Shown in pieces: positions 57,954 to 64,000 of a stretch of DNA of 64,000 nt (position 1 is its first letter; the number at the start of each line of letters is the position of its first letter). Source of the DNA: Andalucia godoyi And28 (taxonomy: Eukaryota > Protista > Jakobida); assembly GCA_009859145.1 (NCBI GenBank), contig VRVR01000002.1, positions 161,274-225,273 of the forward strand, read 5' to 3'. A program made the position numbers and the translations under genes. A model generated the notes under the pieces. The model saw only the letters and a list, made by a program, of their open reading frames with translations, was not told where the DNA came from and searched no databases.

Positions 57954-59624
57954 ATGCTCAGTTCTCCAAGTTCGAGTCTGAGACTGCAGTTTGGAAATGC
58001 CATTACTGTCGTCACCCACATCAACTTGTTGCTGTATGGAGCTGCGTATTGGATGCATTTGACGCTGCTTCCATATCTTGCGTCTTCGATTGGTGGTTCC
58101 GTTTCGGATCTTCGAGTTCTCGGCACACTTCTTACGGTCTTTTCAGCGATCCAGATGATTGGATCGACTCTGTTCGGAAGATTCGCTGACGCGTTTGGCG
58201 GACGGACAGCCATGTTGCTTGCGTTTTCATGTTCCATTCTCAACTACTCGTTGCTCTATTTTGCAGATTCGTCGTTCTTACTGTTTGTCTCTCGGATCCC
58301 AGCATTGGGCCAGCATGCTTTGCATGCCTCGCAAATCGTAATGTCGCTGCAGTCTTCAGAACATGCTCGTGCCGCAACTCTGGGTCGGCTGGGGGTTTCG
58401 TACGGCATCGGATTCGCTGTCGGTCCCCTGATTGGAGGGTATCTTGCGACCACCCACTCGGTGAGATTGGCTGTTTTGCTCGCCGTCGTTGTCTCGGCTC
58501 TGTCTCTTTTCCTGACCTTCATGTTTGTCACAGATACACCAGTTGCCGATGTGGTGCCAAAGTACATGCGACTGGACGGTTCGGAGCCGCCGTTGGTCTC
58601 CAGAGTCGACTCCGTTGGGTTTCGGACTTCAGGAGTAAAGATGAGGTCCCCTTCGACATCAAGAGTGGGTTCTCCAAAATTTCCGCTTTCGCCAAGCACC
58701 AGCAATGCAAATATTGACCTCGTTGAACACGCACACAGTCATGGTCTGCAAAGTTCGCTAGCAGCCGGTTCCGGTGCGGCTCCTGTCTCTCTCACTGTGA
58801 AAGTTTCGATGGTTGTTACTCCCGAAACTGGTTTTCAGAACCAGGCTCAAAGCTGCGGTCAGCATTACGACGATCCAGAAAACTGTGCAGATGCAGAGGC
58901 GGGCTTTGCGCCTCGTTCCGCGCATTCCCTGTTTAAGCAATGGTACTCGTTCAAGGACCTATTTCGATATCCGCTGCTGAAGCCGCTTCTCACTGCCAAA
59001 GCGGCTGGAGGCCTGTCGTTTGCGCTGTTTCACTCATCATTCTCAATGCTTGCTGTGGATACCCTTCATTTTTCAGCTCAGGAGAGCGGATATGTGATTG
59101 CGTTTGTCGGCTTTGTAGCCATGATTGCCCAAGGGCTTTTGGTTGGAAGGCTCGGCATTCTATTCCAACACCGTGAATTGACACTCGTTCGTCACCTGTC
59201 CATTGGGCTGGTGCTGTCATTTTGCATGCTGTCGGTCATTGACAACTCTTTGATTTCTGTGTTCACCGTGTTGGTTCCTATTGTGATTTGCGGGACTGTT
59301 ATCGCAACCACGGTGACTGCGCAGCTCACAAAGTGTGTTGAGGCAAAGGACGTGGGAACTGTGCTTGGATTGGACATGACGGTCGGGTCATCTGTGCGAG
59401 TGATTGCGCCTTCCATCGGGGGCATCCTCATTTCCATCGCCCCTGAGTACGGTTTCGCACTCGTTGGTGGTGCAGCGGCATTGCTTTGCGCGTCATTATG
59501 GACGAGTTTTTGGTATTTTGAATGGGAACGGATGGATCACGATGCTGCGAAAGCCAGTGGATCCGTACCTGTCGCTCCGGGGGGCTTGGAAGGAAGCAAT
59601 CATGGAGGCTTGTACAAGACGTAG
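57954..59624 (+). CDS. Major facilitator superfamily transporter (SLC22A18/TetA-like) with long central loop
   Basis: Two blocks of about 6 hydrophobic helices; motif A GRFADAFGGR; GFAVGPLIGG. Confidence 0.85.
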   Translation: MLSSPSSSLRLQFGNAITVVTHINLLLYGAAYWMHLTLLPYLASSIGGSVSDLRVLGTLLTVFSAIQMIGSTLFGRFADAFGGRTAMLLAFSCSILNYSLLYFADSSFLLFVSRIPALGQHALHASQIVMSLQSSEHARAATLGRLGVSYGIGFAVGPLIGGYLATTHSVRLAVLLAVVVSALSLFLTFMFVTDTPVADVVPKYMRLDGSEPPLVSRVDSVGFRTSGVKMRSPSTSRVGSPKFPLSPSTSNANIDLVEHAHSHGLQSSLAAGSGAAPVSLTVKVSMVVTPETGFQNQAQSCGQHYDDPENCADAEAGFAPRSAHSLFKQWYSFKDLFRYPLLKPLLTAKAAGGLSFALFHSSFSMLAVDTLHFSAQESGYVIAFVGFVAMIAQGLLVGRLGILFQHRELTLVRHLSIGLVLSFCMLSVIDNSLISVFTVLVPIVICGTVIATTVTAQLTKCVEAKDVGTVLGLDMTVGSSVRVIAPSIGGILISIAPEYGFALVGGAAALLCASLWTSFWYFEWERMDHDAAKASGSVPVAPGGLEGSNHGGLYKT

Positions 59625-59695
59625 TGGCGGTGCAACGCGTTGCATTTTCTCGGTCGAAGGAAGAAGCCGCAATCGCCATTTGGTGCTGATTCCGT

Positions 59696-61234
59696 TTATT
59701 TCCAGTAATCAACTATCGGTAGTCTAGAAAATGGATCCAACTTCTGGTGCATCGCAGAGACTGACCGTTGTGCAACGCCAAGAGAACTCGAGACAGAGGT
59801 AGCGTTTGGTGCAGACAGCATCAGAAGGCGAAAAGCAATCAGCTTTGCTTGTTCCACGATGACCCTTCGATTCGCGAACTCCAACATGTCCGTGCCCAAT
59901 GGTGACGGTGATGATCGTATTTCTCTCAATGCGTCTTCTAGAGATAAGCCGAGCTTGTTATGCAGGCAGTGAACAAGAAAGTCTTCAAAACATGCGGAAA
60001 ACCGATGGACCACTGAACTGAACTGAGAGCTGCCGAGGGCAACCATGCAGTATTTTTCCCACGTCCCGCCCCCGAGCGCAGGAAATCGCGACTTTCGAAT
60101 GTAAAACTGCTTCCAGAACTGATGTTCCAAGACGGGAAAGCGGCAGCGAATCTTGTCGCACAGCAGCACAGTGACGTACGCGTCCTCAGCAACCGGGCTG
60201 TGTACATTGCGAGGAATCGCAGTCAACTGCAAGAACGACTGGTGTTCCTTGCCAAACCACGTACTGCGATCCTGGGGCAACTCAAATGTCTCCACATCGT
60301 CCAACGGAGCCCACCCTTCTTCGAAGATGTGAATACTTTCAACTCGCCCACTAAAATCGTGCTCATAATCGTCCAGGCTACCGACGGGAATGGAGCAGCA
60401 CGCCCGACTGACCGCCACAAACTCCTCTGCAATCAAACTGGAAATCACAAGGCACGTTGATTCCTCCAACAGCAGCTGATGCACATGCGGTAGCACACTA
60501 CTCTTGGTAAACAACACGCGAATCTGCATTTTCGTGACCCACAGAAGCAGGATTGTCAGATCCTCTGGAATCGATTCGACAGACGCACACAGCATTGTGG
60601 TGTTGGAGCCGTCTCCAACCGCCAGGCACTGCGATTTCCAGTCTCTGACCTTGCGCACGACCTGCCGAGGGATGGGAAGCAGGATTCCAGCAAAGACGCT
60701 TGAGCGATCGCGACCGGCACCCAGAAGCCGGCGTATTTTGATCTTTGATGCATCGTTCGGAAGCATCGGAAAAGAAATCTGGGACACAAGAAGAAGGTCT
60801 TCTCCCTCCCCAAGTTCATCATTGCCACTCAAACTGAAAGCATCCGGAATGAGATTCTCACGGTCAAGCAACAGCGAATCTGCAATCTGGGAGCATATCT
60901 GCACGACCTGCTGCAACGTAGACTGGCAATCCGCCATTGTATATCCCTCTCTCGTCATTTGGATTGCTTCGACGGCAAATCGAAGACCAAGATACGCAGT
61001 CGAGGCGCATCCCAAGTACTGACATTTCCGAATTGCACGCAGAGAAGCAAGCAAGACGTGCACAACCGAACTCGTGTCCTCACCCAATTCCTCGAGAATC
61101 CGCACGATATCGCTGCTGGCTTCGTCACCACAGAACACCAAGGACGTACTGCACAATCGCCGAGCTGCGAGTCCAAGAAGCCTCCGAAGCGTCAGTTCAT
61201 GACCAACTCGACTCGCATCCACTGCATCTTGCAT
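59696..61234 (-). CDS. Divergent group II chaperonin-like protein, BBS12-like
   Basis: 512 aa with CCT-like layout; VTVLL...LEHQFW...LGGGTWEKYC resembles BBS12 VTVLL...EDRFW...LGGGAVEFLC; no GDGTT ATP motif. Confidence 0.5.
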   Translation of the reverse strand: MQDAVDASRVGHELTLRRLLGLAARRLCSTSLVFCGDEASSDIVRILEELGEDTSSVVHVLLASLRAIRKCQYLGCASTAYLGLRFAVEAIQMTREGYTMADCQSTLQQVVQICSQIADSLLLDRENLIPDAFSLSGNDELGEGEDLLLVSQISFPMLPNDASKIKIRRLLGAGRDRSSVFAGILLPIPRQVVRKVRDWKSQCLAVGDGSNTTMLCASVESIPEDLTILLLWVTKMQIRVLFTKSSVLPHVHQLLLEESTCLVISSLIAEEFVAVSRACCSIPVGSLDDYEHDFSGRVESIHIFEEGWAPLDDVETFELPQDRSTWFGKEHQSFLQLTAIPRNVHSPVAEDAYVTVLLCDKIRCRFPVLEHQFWKQFYIRKSRFPALGGGTWEKYCMVALGSSQFSSVVHRFSACFEDFLVHCLHNKLGLSLEDALREIRSSPSPLGTDMLEFANRRVIVEQAKLIAFRLLMLSAPNATSVSSSLGVAQRSVSAMHQKLDPFSRLPIVDYWK

Positions 61235-61649
61235 CCAATCTCCACACCCACCAAGTCACAAAAGCCAATACACCACGATTCCACGGTGCATTGGATGCAC
61301 TTCAGACGTTTGCATGCATCTATTGTCGTCTTTTCCTATCACCACAGCGCTCTCCCTTTGTTTTTTTTTAATGCAACCCGCTCTCCCACAGTAAGCATCA
61401 AGCTGTTGAATAATGACACGACATTATACATACGGGAGGAAGTGTACATAAAACAGACGCGGTCAATACTGGCCGACACCAGCTCGTTTGTTTCACAGGG
61501 GAATTCGTGCTTACGCACGCTCGGCCAAAATTCAGCCGGTGACACAGGCTCCGCATTTTCGACACTCTTTAACGCAGCATCCGTAGCCATCTATTCTATC
61601 ATTCGTTGGTTTCACTTTTAAATTCAAATATGGGCGTGAGTGCGCTGCG

Positions 61650-61909
61650 ATGACGCATTCGCCTACGCCTGCGCCGCTCGATACAGGGCCTCCTAGGTCC
61701 CGCAGACCTCCTAAGAGATCACGTGTCACTGCGCCTGCTGCTAGGGCCGCCAGACTCAAAATGCACCCTTCTCAGGAACAACGTGTCACGCTGAGAAAGT
61801 GGCTCACCGATTGATCGAGATTGGGAACGGAGCGCGGAACATTTATCTGAAGAACGCCGTGAGGCGTGTTGGGGCCGATCGCCTTCCCGGCAACGGGATG
61901 CAAGACTGA
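61650..61909 (+). pseudogene. Internally deleted Fanzor/TnpB nuclease relic
   Basis: 61650-61808: MTHSPTPAPLDTGPPRSRRPPKRSRVTAPAARAARLKMHPSQEQRVTLRKWLT. 61810-61909: IDRDW, one extra G at about 61825, then NGARNIYLKNAVRRVGADRLPGNGMQD*. DRDxNxAxNI is the TnpB/Fanzor RuvC-III motif. Confidence 0.8.
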
Positions 61910-61956
61910 ATATGCATGTCTATTCGTTGATATGCATGTTCAGTGGATAATGTAGG
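61855..61956 (+). ncRNA. Putative omega-RNA scaffold of copy B (5' end uncertain; overlaps the end of the relic ORF)
   Basis: GNRA hairpin TCCCG-GCAA-CGGGA (61885-61898) and 15-bp hairpin CTGAATATGCATGTC-TATTCGTT-GATATGCATGTTCAG (61906-61943), ending at the element right end, where omega-RNA scaffolds sit. Confidence 0.55.
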
Positions 61957-62357
61957 CGCAGGCTTTCATACTGAATTCATCACAAATGTGAAATGATTCT
62001 TCGCAGACTGCAAAAGGAAGATTGAAGAAATCCCCACGTGACCGAAGCGTTGCGCTGAACACTTGTCTTTTGTGTGCCGAACTGTGCACGACGGCAATGG
62101 CTGTGTCGGGAGGAGGATGCCTCTGATGATGGTTATGATGAAGGTGGAGGTGCACGCAGTACAAACAACAGCGGAATGTCGACAGCGAGTGATATTGGCG
62201 GTTCGACGAATTTGCCTGGTTCTTCGGAATCGGCAACTCGGGAAAAGCCATATTTTGTTTCCGGCTGCTGCTGCGGCGGCGTTTTGTTTGTCTGTTCGGC
62301 TTTGTGCTAGCGAGTGTGGCCGAACCCGACCAGAATGGTTTACGATTAACAAAGGGA

Positions 62358-63680
62358 TTAGTGACCGGACCACTGGATGCTCTTAAGGTCGATCCCCTCC
62401 TGGACCATCTCCCACAACGGCGACATTTGGCGCAGTCGATCAACCTGCCCGGCACACAACGCAATCGCAAAGTCGACTTCACGTTCCGTAGTAAACCGAC
62501 CGATTCCAAAGCGAATGGAAGTATGCGCAAGTTCTTCCTCAACTCCAAGTGCACGAAGGACGTACGAGGGCTCCAGCGACGCAGAGGTACATGCAGACCC
62601 CGAGGACACTGCAATCCCGCGCAACGCCATCAACAAGCTTTCACCCTCGACAAACGAAAAAGAAAGGTTCACATTTCCGCAATACCGCATTGGATCACCC
62701 AAGGGAGGGCCGTTCAGTTGGACGTGCTGAATTCTCTGTGTCATTCCATCGTACAACCTGCGTGCAAGTTTCGTGATGTGAGCAGAGTCTCGCGTCATTT
62801 CTTCCTTTGCAACCTTGCACGCTGTGCCAAACCCGACAACAAGCGGGGCAGGAATTGTCCCGGACCGCAATCCGCGCTCCTGACCACCTCCGTGAATAAT
62901 CGGCTCTAAGCGAACGCGGGGCTTCCTGCGGACATACAACGCACCGATTCCCTTCGGTCCGTAAACCTTGTGGCCTGAGATGGACATTAAGTCGCAGTTC
63001 CATTCATTGACATCCACCGGAATCTTCCCCACGGCCTGTGCCGCATCGACGTGGAAGAAAACCTTGTTCTCTCGACACAGCTTGCCAATGGCGGGCATAT
63101 CCTGAATCGCACCAATTTCGTTATTTACAGCCATGACCGACACCACAAGAGTGTCTGGCTGGATGGAGCGCTTGAGTAAGTCCAAGTCGACAATTCCCGA
63201 AGCTGAGACAGGAAGATACGTCACCTTGAACCCTTGTTGCTCAAGATGGCGGCACGAGTCCAAAACGCACTTGTGCTCAATCTGCGTCGTAATGATGTGT
63301 CGCTTTTTCTGCCCATAAAACCCAGCAAGTCCTTTGATTGACGCATTGTTCGATTCTGTTGCACCAGACGTAAAGACGACGTCGGTGGGCGACGCACCAA
63401 TAAGCGTGGCTACCTGTTCTCGAGACTGTTCGACCAGATCCTGTGTTTCCCATCCATACATGTGGGTTCTGGAATGTGGATTTCCATATTGGAACGTGTA
63501 CAGCGGAATCATCGCATCGAGCACTCGAGGATCAACAGGCGTTGTCGCCTGCAAGTCAAGATAAATCGAGCGGCCCTCATCCGTCGTCACAGAAACAGAT
63601 GAAGACAAGGAAGTCGAAAGAAGCCGCTTCGAAAGCAAGCTGCTGCTTGATCGAATCACCGATGGAAACAACCGAGTCAT
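62358..63680 (-). CDS. NFS1: Mitochondrial cysteine desulfurase Nfs1/IscS
   Basis: Presequence, [31 protein letters not shown] (PLP lysine), [17 protein letters not shown] (catalytic Cys), IDLKSIQW. Confidence 0.97.
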   Translation of the reverse strand: MTRLFPSVIRSSSSLLSKRLLSTSLSSSVSVTTDEGRSIYLDLQATTPVDPRVLDAMIPLYTFQYGNPHSRTHMYGWETQDLVEQSREQVATLIGASPTDVVFTSGATESNNASIKGLAGFYGQKKRHIITTQIEHKCVLDSCRHLEQQGFKVTYLPVSASGIVDLDLLKRSIQPDTLVVSVMAVNNEIGAIQDMPAIGKLCRENKVFFHVDAAQAVGKIPVDVNEWNCDLMSISGHKVYGPKGIGALYVRRKPRVRLEPIIHGGGQERGLRSGTIPAPLVVGFGTACKVAKEEMTRDSAHITKLARRLYDGMTQRIQHVQLNGPPLGDPMRYCGNVNLSFSFVEGESLLMALRGIAVSSGSACTSASLEPSYVLRALGVEEELAHTSIRFGIGRFTTEREVDFAIALCAGQVDRLRQMSPLWEMVQEGIDLKSIQWSGH

Positions 63681-63925
63681 GATTTACCTAAAAAGAAAGA
63701 AAGAATAAAATCACTCTGAGATTCAAATAAAGGAAACAAAATGACAATGCAAAGGAAAATGACAATGCAAAGGAAAATGAGGCCTCTTTAAAGCTTGCGG
63801 ATTGCTTGCGAAATTGCGAAATTGCGAAAGAAGTTTTAAAGCCCGACTCTGGAAGTCCGGAGGTTCGAACTACAGTATTTCCCTCCTCCCCGTTCTGCCT
63901 CGTTGCTAAGAGGCGGGAAAGCAGT

Positions 63926-63951
63926 CTCTCTCTCTCTCTCTCTCTCTCTCT
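63926..63951. repeat. (CT)n microsatellite
   Basis: Directly visible. Confidence 0.9.
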
Positions 63952-64000
63952 ATTTTTTTTTTTGTTTTGTTGTTGTTGTTGGTATTCTTGAATTTTTTGG

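Larger units (their letters stand above)
61406..61956 (+). mobile_element. Non-autonomous Fanzor2/TnpB-type ghost element, long copy (B)
   Basis: 551 bp, with the same termini as copy A (TTGAATAATGACACGACATT ... ATAATGTAGG). Contains fused N- and C-terminal TnpB/Fanzor fragments and a structured right end. Left junction CTG|, right junction |CG. Confidence 0.8.

Noticed and set aside
61406-61956. Treating the A/B pair as the terminal inverted repeats of one giant 61-kb transposon
   Set aside because: The copies differ by large internal deletions and about 5% substitutions, each has its own left and right end, and the DNA between them is ordinary housekeeping genes.
61940-62614. 224-aa and 135-aa minus-strand ORFs overlapping the Nfs1 3' end
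   Set aside because: Alternative-frame overlaps with Nfs1 plus low-complexity spacer; no protein motifs.
63860-63880. GGTTCGAAC resembling a tRNA T-loop
   Set aside because: No acceptor, D or anticodon arms can be built around it; I found no tRNA, rRNA or CRISPR array in the window.

Overview
Compact, gene-dense, intron-poor nuclear DNA of a flagellated, mitochondriate, selenoprotein-using protist (lineage cannot be fixed from sequence alone). It holds about 23 protein genes, mostly in head-to-head / tail-to-tail pairs with microsatellite-rich AT spacers: PPR protein, IFT25-like, PSMA4, beta-helix protein, TOM40, IFT46, RRP8, acetyl-CoA carboxylase, B-box protein, DCTPP1, outer-arm dynein beta heavy chain, mitochondrial GluRS, Prp2/DHX16, SPAG17/PF6-like, bacterial-type SRPBCC, STI1/HOP, Dbf4-like, Erv1, LEA-like, RSPH3, MFS, BBS12-like and Nfs1. 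Two things are invisible in the ORF track. (1) Two inverted, internally deleted copies of one small element (376-719 on minus; 61406-61956 on plus). The long copy fuses a Fanzor2/TnpB N-terminus (NLS-like segment + RLKMHPSQEQRVTLRKWL) to the RuvC-III end (IDRDW/NGARNIYLKN), followed by a structured omega-RNA-like right end. The copies share sharp ends with C(C/T)G on the left and CG on the right, so they look like non-autonomous Fanzor ghost elements. (2) A UGA-recoded Rdx-family (SelW/SelH-like) selenoprotein gene (47496-47753, minus) with a canonical SECIS in its 3' UTR. All homology calls are by eye from motifs; no searches were run.
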